Source: Blasia pusilla (lineage: Eukaryota). Taken from it: a stretch of 64,000 bases of DNA. The DNA lies in contig CM114271.1 of NCBI GenBank assembly GCA_050084515.1, positions 39,308,001 to 39,372,000 of the forward strand, given 5' to 3'. Under the pieces are notes generated by a model that saw nothing but the letters and a program-made list of their open reading frames with translations, was not told where the DNA came from and did no database searches. Each line of letters opens with the position of its first letter. Within the stretch, counting starts at the first letter, position 1. The position numbers and the translations under genes were made by a program. Shown piece by piece: positions 47,289 through 60,450 of this stretch.

Positions 47289-50200
47289 TTTTTTTCAGGT
47301 TAAACTGGTAAAATTACGTTGAATCTATCCACTTTATTATAAAATAAACAAAGAGAGATAATAACAACTCAAAAGAGGAGTCAAAAAATGCATAAAAGAA
47401 AATGGTAACAAGCCAATGTAAACACCAGCTCAACGAGTTACACGATTGATAGCGTGAAACAAATCTGACAAGAACACGAGTGGTTGGACGACGAGGCGAG
47501 CGACCCCCCACCACCTCCGCACGACGTATCAATGCCAAGGCTTGTGCACGTTGTAAGGCCACTGAGATGCATTGCCGAAAATAAGTAGTAACTACCGAGA
47601 GAGAAGGACTACGGGAAGGGGCAAGGAGATGATTCTCGAGGGAGTGGTGAGCACATGTTTTCAGGAAATTATCAAAAGACACATGTAAATGACCGAGTAC
47701 TTCCACTGCAAAAGGAATAAATCCATCAGTCGCATGTCTCACAGCATAACTTAACTCCTTGATTCTTGCTGCAGCTTCAGCTACCAAACCTTTGGTATGT
47801 GCGGCTCGACACACCAAGTCAGAACGTGTTGGATCAGCAACCACCACATCACTTAGAGTCCGGAATCCACCTCGAGACATAACAAGATCCACTCTCGGAC
47901 GAGAGGTTGCTTGTGTGGTTAAAGGTAGGACATGGAGTTGCTCTTGCCCAACGGTGTATCCTGCAGTACGAGCCACCGATGCTAGCGCCTCTCTAATGAC
48001 ATCATGTGTGGCCGTTCGTTCTCCACCATGTGCACATTGGAGAATATGGATACCCTTGGCATCAATGGGATCCCCGCATACACAATTCGGCACACCTAAG
48101 AGAGAAGGATGGGGAAGTCCAAGACGTAACCGCAAAGTTGTCGAGAAAGATGAAATGGAAGAATAAAAGGATTTGCAGTAAGCCACGCCCCCGCTCCGGT
48201 ACCCACACATGAACGTAGATGAGCTCGATTAGCGTCAGAGGATGCCTCGGAGAGAATGCTGGAAAAGTTGATTCGATGCAGATTCTTGGAGATATGCTCT
48301 TGAAGTCTATCAAGCCCTTCCGTAATCAGTTGACTGAAAGGAGGTAGAATTGCTTGTGTAGCAAGAGGAAAAAGAGCTCGTGCAGATCTCAGTTGTTGTT
48401 GAAATAACAAGTCCCCCTCCTCTACATGGGCGATATGATCCATCCAGATAGGTGTATGTCCTTGGAGAAACCTTTAAGCCATAATCGGTGCTACCAACGC
48501 CCAACTCCCCAAAAAGGCTGTGGGAGCATATGCGACTATGGAGGACAGTCCCACCCCTCCAGAAGAAATAGCAAGATAGCTTGTCGTGAAGCAAAGACAC
48601 CATCCTCTCCCTCAAAGGTATTCGGGCCAAGAAGTTGACCAAAAGTTGCCAAGATAGAAGCGTCAAAAGAGACCAACTGATGTAACAACCTTGAAGTGGG
48701 AGGACAAGTGCGAAGAAGGTAGAAAGGACGTCGTAGAAAACATTGGGAGAGAATCCCATAAGCCACTTAGGGATCCCCTAGATGAGGTAACAAATGAAGC
48801 CATTCCACGTCTTTCAAAAGGGCCTCATCCAAGAACTTTGAGACATAGTCGATGAAGCCAATTGGGACCCCAAGAACTCTAACCCTTTCAATGTAGATGG
48901 GAAAATCAGGAGTAGGTGGGGTGAATGTTGAGGGAAGGCATGAAGGAGACCATACTCCACATTTACTAGGTTGGACTTTAAGGTTTAAGAAAGAGAGCTG
49001 CTCCATGAAATGGGTTTAAGCAAGAACCACTTCAGAAGTAGGACCTATAATGTGATTGTCATCAGCAATAGAAGGGAAAAGACAAGATGGAAATGCTTGC
49101 GTTGATGCTCGAAGGGCACGAAAATGAGCAATGGCAAAGAGTGGGCCATCCATGGGATCACCTTGACGTGTGCCACAAGCCGATTGTAGAATACTATATT
49201 CCACAAAAGTAGCATGATGGGAATAGATAATGGGCGTATCATACGCATAGAAGGAGCGAACAAATGGAATGAGGCTCGCAAGTTGTCCTCCAGCACAACG
49301 TAACTCCTCAAAGATGGCCGCACAAGAAATTGAATTGAAGGTGTTAGCCACATCGACTTGAATTGCTACCCAATCTGGATGATTATCAAGAGTGGAGCGA
49401 ATCCCATGCACCACAGCCTCACAACCTCCAAGATTTGCCACTCCAAATTGATGAGGAAATAAGTGGGCACTAAAGTGAGGACAAAATTGCAAGCATAAGG
49501 ATCGACTAACGAAGCGATATAAAACCTCTCCAATAGCCAAAGGGCCCACATCTAAAGGAGGCTTATCCATAGCCAACAAACGACAAGCCCCTAAGAGCCT
49601 AGAGATAGAGAATGGGAGACGACATGCCGTCATATGTGCACACACCTTCTATAGAGAGACAAAGCCACTTGCTGAATCTGTTGGGATAAAGCAATCGCGG
49701 AGATGCTCAAAAAACATCCCTGATAGCCCGCTTGCTGATAAGCGAGGAGTATGCAGAAAAGCCGTTGTGAAAATCTCCAAGTCAAGGTGTGTTGTATAGT
49801 CTTCCACAAAAGGTGGAGCATCGCCACTTGAAGGAGGATGAAGAGCTTCTAAGAGAACCATTGTTTTCGCACTTGGAACCGCCGGAGAAAGAGGACCCAA
49901 TGCTCGAGTTGCACGTGAAAACTCACCAACCTGCCCCAAAAGTAGACTTTGTTGAAGGCGTTGTTGTATTGGAGGCCTCCCATGATTGGCATGTTGAGTG
50001 GGATGAGTCGCAGCTAAGGCCTCTGCTCGAAGTACATGCTCATTTTGAAGATTCTCCCAATCCCTAGACATAAAGCGTTGAATACGTGTGGAGGTTTTAC
50101 GATGACCCGTTGCACCACCCCTAAGAGGGAGGACTAAAACCCATTATGGGAAGAGTAATAGGAGATACCAAGCATTGATATCTGTGGGGTCACGCGCTAA

Positions 50201-51056
50201 CCTTTCTAATGGGAAAAGCAAAGCTTGTTGAGTGATGGGGCGAAGACCAATAGGAATGCGAGTGTAGAGTCTAAGACGAGGAAGACCTGGATAGAAAGAG
50301 CGAAGGAGATCAATTTGGCTTAACCAGGTCCAAGCAATTGTTGTGGGGAGTGCAGTAGGAGGTGGTATCGAGTTAGGGATTGAAGGCCCATGCATGGATC
50401 GACAATACTGCTAATGTCTTTTGATCCCATTAGGAGCAAACTCCTTACCACAAGGTATGCAACGAACCTTTGGTACAAATGGAGAAGTAGAAGGGTTACA
50501 AGGAGAGGAGGTGGGAGGTGCAAGAGGTGGTGATGGCCGATGATGAGGGGGTAAGTAGGTTGGGGAAGGAGGAGGAGGAAGAGGGGAGATTCGGGTAGAA
50601 TAAATGGGAGTTGGAAGCAAGGGCATAGATGAGATATATGGGGATGGCAAAGTAGAAGGATTCGGTAATAATGGATCAAGATTAGGCTCAATAGGACAAG
50701 GCAAAGAAGGGAGAAGAGGAGAATCCGGAAGAAATGTAGCGAGTATAATGGGTGTATTAGCATCTGGAGGAAAATGGCGAGATCTACGATGAGGAGGTGA
50801 ACCAGGGTGAGAGGTTACGACTGTAGGAGGGCGTGTAAAACCACATAAGCGAGTAGATGGAGAATCCAACTCCGTCTCTGATGACATAGAAGTAAAGGTA
50901 GGCAAGTCATCGAAGACAAGGAAAGACATATGAAACGTGGTTTGGAGAGAAGAAGATTAAGCAATACCGAATTAATGATAACGAGCAAAGCAAAAGTAGT
51001 GGAATTCGTCCAAAAGAAATTTACATGGAGAGAAGAAGATTAGGCAATACCGAATT
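47289..51056 (-). mobile_element. CRE-like non-LTR retrotransposon (RT plus C-terminal restriction-like endonuclease), disrupted; 5' end uncertain
   Basis: One ancestral ORF from 50929: zinc finger CIPCGKEFAPNGIKRH*QYC, RT (PLAIGEVLYRF, PHQFGV, DVANTFNS, GTRQGDP, SIADD, VLGVPIG), knuckle CVCGDPIDAKGIHILQC, THDVIRE, RVDL..SDVVV..KELSY..FIPFAVEVLG; AATAAA near 47333-47338 and an A7 run near 47289-47295; no APE domain. Confidence 0.85.
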
Positions 51057-51943
51057 TATGATTGAAAGTTACTATAAGAAAAATATAAAAAGCAATTGAA
51101 AAGAAAAAGTGATCTATATGGTACCGGAAGAGGTGGCTCAAGAATATGTATTTCTAATGTTCTGAAGGAGATGGAAAACGTATGTAGGGGCCAAACAATA
51201 AGGTAAGGAGTTGAAAGAGCAAGGAAGACTTTTGGGAGGAATTGACCTAAAACAAACCCGTACACAAAAATAGGCAGTTATAAAGAAGGAAGAAAAACTA
51301 AAAAAACTACTTGATATGGAAAGAACGAGTTCGTCAAGACGATCGAAACACATCCAAAACCGACATTCCAGAAGAAAGTTATGAAAGAAATTGGAAACAC
51401 CAAAAAAGAAAAGTGAGCCACCCACCAATGACCGCTAAGAGGGAATGATTTCGTAATGTTGGGCCCAACCCGTATCAAAAGATTCAGAAAAGCAAGAGGA
51501 ATCCCTTAAACCAATGGTAACCCGGTATCACTCTATAAGGAGAGCGCTATGTTTGAAATTGCGTATAGGAATCTATGAGCACATTTAGGAGAGAAGGAGG
51601 TCCAAAGATCCCAAGAACTTTGGAAAACTCAATCTTAAGTGGAAAAAAGAAGAACCCAAAGTTCAAGCTTGAGAAGATGAACACATTGGGCCTTAGATTG
51701 AAAAGATTGGATCACCATGGAAATAGTTACAAGCAAAATTCTAGACGTCCCTCCATCTCCTCCGCGATAGTCCTCCGAACTCAGGATTTGAGATATTATT
51801 TCAAATCCTGAGGTAAAGGTGTAAGAAGTAATAGATGGGCATTCCCGTTTTTATGGGGACGGGTACGTCGGCAGGTACCTAGTAATTATCTTACGAACGA
51901 GGAGGTCCAGAAACAATTTTTCGAGAGAAAATAATATTCTATG

Positions 51944-51982
51944 GACCGTTGAGAAATCGTTTTGGGCGATTTCTCAACGGTC
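51944..51982. repeat. Inverted repeat, 16-bp arms with a 7-nt loop
   Basis: gaccgttgagaaatcg-ttttggg-cgatttctcaacggtc; possibly part of a small non-autonomous DNA transposon. Confidence 0.8.
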
Positions 51983-54959
51983 GCCGTGTGTACATAGGAT
52001 CAATGACCGACTACCGTCCGCAACCATCATCGCCTGATGGCTGCATTAGGATCGCTTAGATCAGTCGCCGTGTATAGAGCATCCCAGTCGTATATGCGGT
52101 GCGCCCGTCGCTGCGCCCATCGAACATCAACCGGTAGAATTCTATCGAGTCGAAAATAAAAAAAATCTTGTGTGTAGTCTTGAAGAAAAGAGAATAATGA
52201 TACTGTACATAAATTTAAATTTTGTTTTTTCTAGTTGTCACATAGAGAAGTATCAACAACATCTCCCATAACAATATAGATTTGGGTTTGTCTTTGCTAG
52301 TTCTTGATAACTGACTGGAATGTGCGGAGGTTTGCACCCTGAATGCGGTTCAGGATCCCATTAACGTATATGCGTCCCGTCCCATCCACAGGATCTTGAA
52401 AATCCGGAGGCCCGCGTCCTCGGGGCCTTATCCCATTAGCTGTGTCTTTAGGTCGCATGCGACCCAACGACTGGAACGGCCAGCTGCTTGGGAATTCTCA
52501 GCCGATTTCAGGGCCATTTACGGAACACGCCCGCCACTCGAAGAACGAGACGAAGGAAAACAGCCGGTAATTTGGAAATTTCTACCGGCTGGGAGGGGCG
52601 AGTCCATACCCCATTCTTTTAACGCCAACGTTTAACCGGAATAACGCCGATGAATGCCAACTTGTCTAACTGCGCAGGCCCAAAGAAAAGACATAGGGCT
52701 GCACGACTTCCGGTCTGCAGACGTGGACGCAATAGGGAATCTAAAAGAAAACCTTTCTGACATAAATTAAGGATGCCAATGTTTAACATCCAAACATCCA
52801 AACATCCGTAGGATTTTCCCATTCGTACTGTCCCCGTACCTGACTGTGGACAGAATTTGACGTGTGGAATCATGAGACCAACCGATCTTTCCGTGAGAGC
52901 TTGTCTGAGAGTCTGGCACGCCCCGAGGAAAGACGACGACTCGGCTAACTCCCGGGGAACTCCGCGGTGGTTGCGCGGTGAGATTAAGGGCCGGGCACAG
53001 CTGGGAGCCCGTAGATCGGGAGATTTGAAAGGTAACTTTGAGAGGATGGGTAAAGGCAGCTAATTGGATGCTAATCACGGCTGGTGTCTGCAGTTAGGGG
53101 CCACCCACACTAAAAATAAAAATAAAAATATCAGAGCGATGTGGGAGGCGGCGGGAGTGGTCTGGGTTCGAATCCGTGTCACGACACTTACTTATGTATT
53201 TTCGGCCTCTCCATCTTGACCCGCTCACACTAGATCTCGGGTGTTTACGGCTTGCGAATCTACTTGGGTAAGATTTCTCGGCTGTCGAGCCTTACTTGAC
53301 AGTTCGCCACTTACTGTGTTACTTACTCACTGTGTCGGATCAATCAATCACTCAGGTATTTTTTCAAGTATGTCCTTCGGAAACGTTTACTTCGTATTTT
53401 AAGGACTTGGTAAGAGAATTTCAGGAAAGAAAAAGGTGCGCACTGCGCATGCATAAAAGCGGAAGGGGAACCCCATCAGAGAAGCAAGTCAAGCGACAGA
53501 GAAGACCGAAGGAGTCAAACGAGAACCTGACCACAACAATCCGGGGAGAGAAAGAGACGTACGCACTTCGATTCGGAATGCTCAATAAATTTGAGCTGCA
53601 CTCGGTCAATCAACGACGCAAACAAAGTCTCGTGTGAGAAGTTTTGACCATTCAAACGCGACTTTGAACTAGCTGTGGTGGTGCGTCGAGCTGACCGGGG
53701 TTACTAGTAATCCCGGCCGGCCGGGAAAAACAATCTGTCTCGTGAAAGCAGATGCCAGCAGGGTTTCCAGTGCAGGTCAGGGAGTTCCCGGCCGTTGACG
53801 GAGGTGTCTGTCACTGTGCCGATAGCCGGGAACTAGCTTCATGTAGGGGAATACGTCGGCATTGGACCGTTTAGAAATTACCAGGGACCGGGAACTAGTT
53901 GGAATCTTCCCCGGTTGCCGGGAAACCGGTTTTGACACGTGATTGGTTAGGGTATGGACGCGTAGATGGCATTAGGGGCAAACGGCCATAGCCATGAAAA
54001 CTCGTCACGCGCCAAATTAGGGCCTATTGTAAGCCATCCGATGGAAGATCGGACGGGTAGGAGGTTCGGAGGGGGCCGTGGGTTGAGAGGGGCCCTATCG
54101 TGGGGTGGAGACGCCCCCAACTATATTTCAGTTTGGGCTTCTTTCGTATGACATGTATGTATTTTAGGCAATTCCCGTCTTGACATGTGGCGGGTTTAAC
54201 AAGAGCTAACAGTTAAGTTGAGGGGGACGGGGCCGGTTGCACCTATGCATCGGACGAGCACCGAGTTCCTGAACTCCCTTGTTGCCTCGCTCTTGTAGCC
54301 TTGCTCTTGTTACTCTTGCGGCTCGCGGCTTGACGATGCCTTGACCTCCAAAGGCTCTAGCTCTCTCAAGCTCGACTTCGCAGTCCGTGCCTCGTTTGAA
54401 GTTTGCATTTGCATTTGCATCTGCAGTATTTGCACTCTCTATTTGTCTCTTGCGGCTCCGCCTCTGAGGCCTCTCTTGCAGCTTGCGGCTAGAGTTTTTT
54501 TCTTGCTTTGTAGGCCTTCATTTTGGGTCTCATAGTCTTGCCCTCTTGAGTCCCAAATCTTCAGAATTTTTGTCCTTCATTTATGCTATGGTGCTACAGC
54601 CATCTCTAGTCTTTGAAGTCGGCACTCACTAGAGATTCTTGCCGCTTCATCTTGGACAGTTGCTTTGCCGTTGTGGGGGACCGAGGGACAAAGTATGAGG
54701 ACAAAGTCTATGTCCACGGACTTACTTCTCTCCTATGGAATGAGTTGTCCATCTGGGCCCCACCTCCTCCAACATGTCTCCGTGTTCCGTATTTTCACGT
54801 TTCTTTCTCCCCCCACCACCACCTCCACTTCCTTCATCCTTATTGCCTCACCCGCACTTGCCATGCTTTCCACCATGAGCTATAAGAGTGAGCCCACCTC
54901 TTGCAATCCGTGTCCGTGGATATGTCCAAACTTGTCCTTTCATGTCTCTCTTAGGGACG

Positions 54960-55745
54960 AACTTCTCCATTTTTATGCAATCATGAAAAGGACCCCTGCC
55001 AAAGTAAATTCTATTCTTTGGAATTACGATTGATAAATCTACTAATATACTTGTGACATCGCATTTGGTTTTGTTTGCAAATTTTATAGAAGATGGTCAA
55101 GCAAAGTGTTTTTTTCTAGGATTGCTTCAATGTGAGTCTAAGTGTTCAAATGCTATCACTAATAGTTTGTTGGAGTTACTTAAAGATGGGGGGCTAGATT
55201 ATTCCAAAAATGCTAGCTTTGGGTTCATATGGTGCTTCCTCAATGGTAAGGTGGTTTCACAATGGAAGCAAGAGACAGACTCATTTCTTCTTTCAGTGCA
55301 TTTTGTTGCCTATATGACAAACCTTGTAGCTCTCACGACTACAAAAGCAACTAATTGCAAATCCACTTCCATAGAAGTCGATTTTGTTCTCAATGTTATA
55401 GCGGGATATTTCAAAAGATCTTTCGAGAAAAAAAATATTTTAGAATCTATGCTAGAGAAGTTGATTGACTTCCAAAGAGTCGTGAAAATATATCATAAGA
55501 TATGATGGTTGTCGCGCTGGCAAGCTATATCCATTTTCTGTGATTCACTAGAATCTGTTTTGACATACTTTTGAGACATTTTCCCTTCGAAAGATGATGG
55601 GAATAGTGCAAATTTATATGACAAGTTAAAGATCGTTCCAAATAATCTATCGATTATATTTTTTTACAAAATATTTCTATGCTTACCAACTTGAGCAAGA
55701 TTTTTCAATACAAATTTGTTGATGTTAGTACTATTGGAAATATTT
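54960..55745 (+). pseudogene. hAT-superfamily (ZNF862/ZBED-like) transposase relic
   Basis: IDKSTN..HLVLF..FLGLL..GASSM..SVHFVAYMTNLVA..YFKRS..I*WLSRWQA, matching the DESTD / DGAS.M / HC.AH / RWLSR motif series; stops and frameshifts present. Confidence 0.75.
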
Positions 55746-56796
55746 TCTCCCTTAGTCATATGAATTGACATAATTCCATCAATCATGTTTCCCTTAGTTT
55801 AAGTCATGTTCGATTACTCGTAAAGTCGTGAGTCTTGGACTATATGTGTCCATCCCACTTACACGGAAAAATTAATGACTAAGAGAATTGCCATCTTCAA
55901 CTTAGCCCAACAAATTGTTAACGCATGGAGTCATACTTTTTACCAAAAAATGAATTACTCGTAGTTTGAGTACAAGTGTTACACTATCATATATGCAAGA
56001 AAACCATGGTTTTGATGACTAGGAACTAAATCACTAAGATTCTTCATGACTTGAACATATGATTAGAATGTCATCTATTCAAATGCAAACCATATTTTTC
56101 CATAAACTAATAAGATTTTAGTTATGTAAAGATATTAGTTAGCATGCTCGTGCTTACGCACCGAAATTTTTTTTCAATAATTTTTTTTTTTCAAAATTAA
56201 ATTTAATCTCCATATTTTTTAGATTTGAAAGGAGTACTAGCATTCCACTCCTCAATTATATTTTAAAAATATTCCCCTTAATAATTCCACTTTTCCATAC
56301 AAATTTTAAACAATACCTACTCCTTCTCCTCCATTCCTCCCACCAATATGACATATATTAACTAAATCATTAATTAATGAAAATTTTCCCTCTTCCATTC
56401 AAATTCATTTTCCCTTCCAAAAATATCAAGTGTAACTTAGGGGGGAAATTTGCAAGATTGTTACTATTTTGTCTCATTATCTCACCATTTTGGTTTATTG
56501 TACATATAGGGTCTAAGGCATGTGGACAAAGTCCATGTTGGCGGACTTACGTGCGTTTTATGGAATGACTTGTCCATGTGGGTCCTCGGGGGTCTCACTT
56601 CCACGAAAGAGATCCATCACTTACAACAAAGTATAGGGGTTTTTAATTGGATTTCGGAGAAGACTTATAAAGTTTTGTGGAAGAACTTAAGGGTATTTTT
56701 AATATAGGGCGACACTTATAATAAAAATAGGGCATTATTAATTCTCCGGTTGTACATGGAATATGCCCAAGGAAGTAAGGGGGAGATACAGAAAGT

Positions 56797-57461
56797 AGGA
56801 GATCATTTTTAGGGTTTATGATTTTTATTTTCATGTGTGGGTGGTCATTTTAATTATTGAATTTTGTTTCCTTGTGTTCCTCGGCTTGAAGTGTCTCTTT
56901 GGAAAAAGTTTCATGATTTTTAGAGCCCTTTTTGAGGGGGAAGGGAGAAACATAGTGGTCAAGAATGAAGAGGATAGCTCCTAGTAGGAATGTTTCAAGT
57001 CTTTGCTTCATTCTTATGTTCACATTGAGGTATCTTTTGTTCCAACCATTGGATGGTGTTGAAACTTGGCACATGCCTTTGCATTAAATCCCTTGCAAAC
57101 TTCAACGGTTTAGAACTGCTATCTTGGCTTCCATGTTCAAGAAAAGAGGAGACCATTTTTAGGGTTTACGATTTTTATTTTCATGTGTGGATGGTTATTT
57201 GAAGTTTTGATTTTTTTTCCGGTGTCCCAAGGCTTAGATTTCATCTTTGGGAAAGGTTTCATGATTTTTGGAACCCTCGTTTAAGGGGAGGGAAGAAAAC
57301 TAGGGGTCAAGAAGGAAGAGGATGGCTATGAGTAGACCTTTTTCTTCAGAGATGCAAACTTCAACGGTTCATATCTGCTATCTTGGCTTCCATGTTCCAA
57401 AAAAAAAAGGGACCAATTTTAGGTTTTACAAATTTTATTTTCATGTACATGAAAATAAAAA
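56797..57461. repeat. Imperfect tandem duplication (units of about 350 and 260 bp, third unit truncated at a palindrome)
   Basis: ga.cattttt-agggttta.gatttttattttcatgt recurs near 56800, 57151 and 57411; the array ends in ttttattttcatgtacatgaaaataaaa. Confidence 0.8.
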
Positions 57462-59432
57462 TGGGATGGGGGATATTCCGATAAAGGGCTTGCTTCTTAA
57501 TGCCAATATTAGCATTGGAGTCGGAAAGATACTAGAGGATTATCATGAGCAACACCTGAACGATCAACATTTCCAAGAGAACAACGCGTTTAGTTGCTAG
57601 CTAGGCTTTGTTCATAGCCCGTGCCAGAGATGCTTAGGGTTGGCTACCAATTTAAAGTCTAAACCTAAGAGGTTTAGGAGCCAAATTAGTTTCTTTCCTT
57701 GCTTCGATGCCCCATGAAAACTCAATAGACGTGTGACGTCAAAGAAAGGAGAGAGAGAAAGAGATAGAGCGTTAGAGGAGAGGGAGAGGGAGAGGGAGGG
57801 TGGGGGGGGGAAGCTGATGGGGTTTTCGGAGATGCTTCATGAGTTGTTTGCTATGTTGCCCATACATCTTGTGCATGATCTTCTACGCTTGGGGGTAGTG
57901 GATTCTCACTCTCAACTTCGCTTTCTCACTCGCATTCATGGGTTTCAACTTCTTTTTTCTATTCTTGTGGATTTTCATAGAACCACATTGCTGCCTTCTA
58001 CGCTCGTGCGTGCGTGCGTGCGTGCGTGCGTGTGTAGCTTTGCTAGTATGGATTTGGGGTGCCTGTCCAATCAGGGTAAGGCATCTTAAGATGTGAAGAC
58101 TTTATGATCATATGTGATAAGTGCACTTTCAATTTAGATCACGGGAAACCGTTACGATTAGCTGAAGAATGGCGCATAAGAATTACATGGAAACATAGCT
58201 TTCATAGTTGACTAGATCTCAAGATTTTCCAACAAGGCCTCTTCCCCATTTCCTCGGTGCGGAAACTATATAAGATGCAAACATCATGTTCACAATATGG
58301 AAATGAACAGAAGTTGCTTGTCCATTCCAATCGATAGAGAATGGATTTTTCACTTTACACCTCATTGAATCAGACTAACGATTGTAGTCCAACTCCATTT
58401 AAAGGGCAAAACTTAGACGGAACGACTACTTGCCTCAATCCTTGTTCCGCATAACTGTATGAAGCTTAATCAAGCGATGGTGATGGATGACACCAGATTG
58501 ATTTCCACATAAGAGCTAGCTCGATTTTAGCATGGAGATACCTCGGAGAGAGTCTGGTCTCTAACATTGCTCTTGTAACATTTTTCTCAATGTCATTCCA
58601 ACGAGTTCTCCTTTGAGTTGGGTGAGGTGTTGGGGTCTTTGTCAAACGCCTTGTAAGATTTGGTTCTTAGTACTTCTATCGATCTGATTACTCGTAGGAG
58701 TCTGTGTAGAGCTTTCTACCTCAAGAAGGTCTCCTTCATCACCTTATCTTTGGACATAGGGGACTTAAATTAGGCCATCTTGGCGAGTATGAGCTCCTGC
58801 GTTGGAAGACGCTAGTGTTCTCTACAAATTGAGTACTTTTTCGCCATCCTGATACTGCTCTCGCCACATCGTGGGTCACTCAATGGCAAACCAATCCATC
58901 CAAAGGTAGAAGCATTTTAGAGCTTTCGTCCACTTCTCGCTTTGATCTGACCTAGATTAGAGGGTAAGATTTGATCCCATCTTTCTAAGGCTGTAGAGAT
59001 GGCGGTCAAGGGGGAGTGAGTCCTAGAAGGCCCACAGAGGTAGTCCTATCTTGAATGCAAGGCCAGTTAATGGGTGAAAAGAAATGCCCAAGTGTCTCTT
59101 GGATTATCCACAACAAACTGAACAAGTCCTTGGTACCCGTGCTGGAAAATAGTTATTCAGTTATGCGTGTTCAAGATATACCGTCAATAGAGTTGGGTTA
59201 CTCGGTGCTTAACTTCCAAGTGTCAACAATAAATAGCAGACCTGCGACATTGTTGGTCTCCTGTGCAAAAACTTTGGGCAATCAATCACTGGTACTCAAT
59301 GTGTACAAAAATTATGGTGTGACGAGCTTAGCAATATCAGCATATGCTAGTGTCACCAACACAACAGTATCAACATGCGTTGGAGGACCACAAGTAGGCT
59401 CTAGAGCTTCCAGCCTTAGTTTTGGGAGATAT

Positions 59433-59490
59433 TGTACTCATTAAGTATTGCCTTATATTGTCTTGAGACCATAGACCTCGCCTATCATGT
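59433..59490 (+). repeat. Fragment matching the start of the copia LTR at 26500
   Basis: tgtactcattaag...ttgagaccatagacc vs tgtactcattaag...ttgtgaccatagacc. Confidence 0.6.
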
Positions 59491-59902
59491 TGCACAAGAC
59501 CAAGTAGTGACCAAATAGGCTTTGAATGTGTTGAAAAATTTTAGTGTTATCAAGTTGGGTTTGTGCATATCATCTAGTGAATGTGTTGAAGAGTTTTGGT
59601 ACTATTCAAGATGTATAATAACATGGGTTGAATGTAAAGCCTCAAATCGAGACCACTACGTTAATGCTTCTGTTTGCATTAGACATCCTAAAACTTGTTT
59701 GTATAGTTCTTGACTGTACATGTTGGCATCCTATTTGTGCAGGGTGTATTGAAGGAGCCCATAGGGAAGTGACTGCCCTATTGCAGGCCATTGGATTTGA
59801 CCACTAGTGGACTTCTAATCCTTTTTGTGCATCACAAAGAGTAAGAGCCAGTGATTGTTCTCTGCCATAGGTAAGAATTTTTGAACACCTCACACACACG
59901 CA

Positions 59903-60450
59903 ATGGCAAATGTTCCCTTATTAGATTTGTACTCTTATGTTGAGCATCATCGGATGGATCCCCCATGCTGCTTTTCTTGTGATGAGGGAGGTGATGTTAT
60001 ATTTTGTGATGGTCGCCATTTTCACTGGATTGGAGGTGGCATCCCCACCAACCTAGATAGTGGCAAGGGTAAGACCTACATCCATGTTGTGCTCCTTGGA
60101 AATCACGACGAGAGTGGACCTTGGGTATGTGACCTATGTGCTAATGACAAAGCCGTTTTTTTCTCTTGTGGGCTGGTTGGTCTTGTTGTTGGACATACTG
60201 AGTTTGAGACACGACTCATCAAGTGTGCTCACGAGGATTTTTACTCCTTTTATCCCCCGAGCTGTGTGAGGATCCGCTTACTTGTTGGAGGACTGCCGTA
60301 GACTCACCTCGAGGATAACATAGTGCACAACCCTCTTGTTGCTCCTGATGCACTCATCTGCTCGCGTCTCTATTGTGATGCGTGCAAGGTATATCATGAT
60401 GGTATATATGACTTAGTGGAGTGCCATAGATGTCCCCGTGCTTGGTGTTA
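59903..60450 (+). pseudogene. Second EDM2-like triple PHD-finger module, one internal stop, truncated by gypsy copy 2
   Basis: CFSCDEGGDVIFCDGRHFH..WVCDLC..FSCGLVG..IKCAHEDFYSFYPPSCV..*..ICSRLYCDACK..LVECHRCPRAWC. Confidence 0.65.

Noticed and set aside
53147-53180. GGTTCGAATCC B-box suggesting a tRNA or SINE
   Set aside because: The A-box-like string is only a few bases upstream and no cloverleaf or tail can be built.
58100-59400. hAT-like words (TRWN, VQFVVDN) on the minus strand
   Set aside because: Isolated matches among many stops; no coherent domain series.
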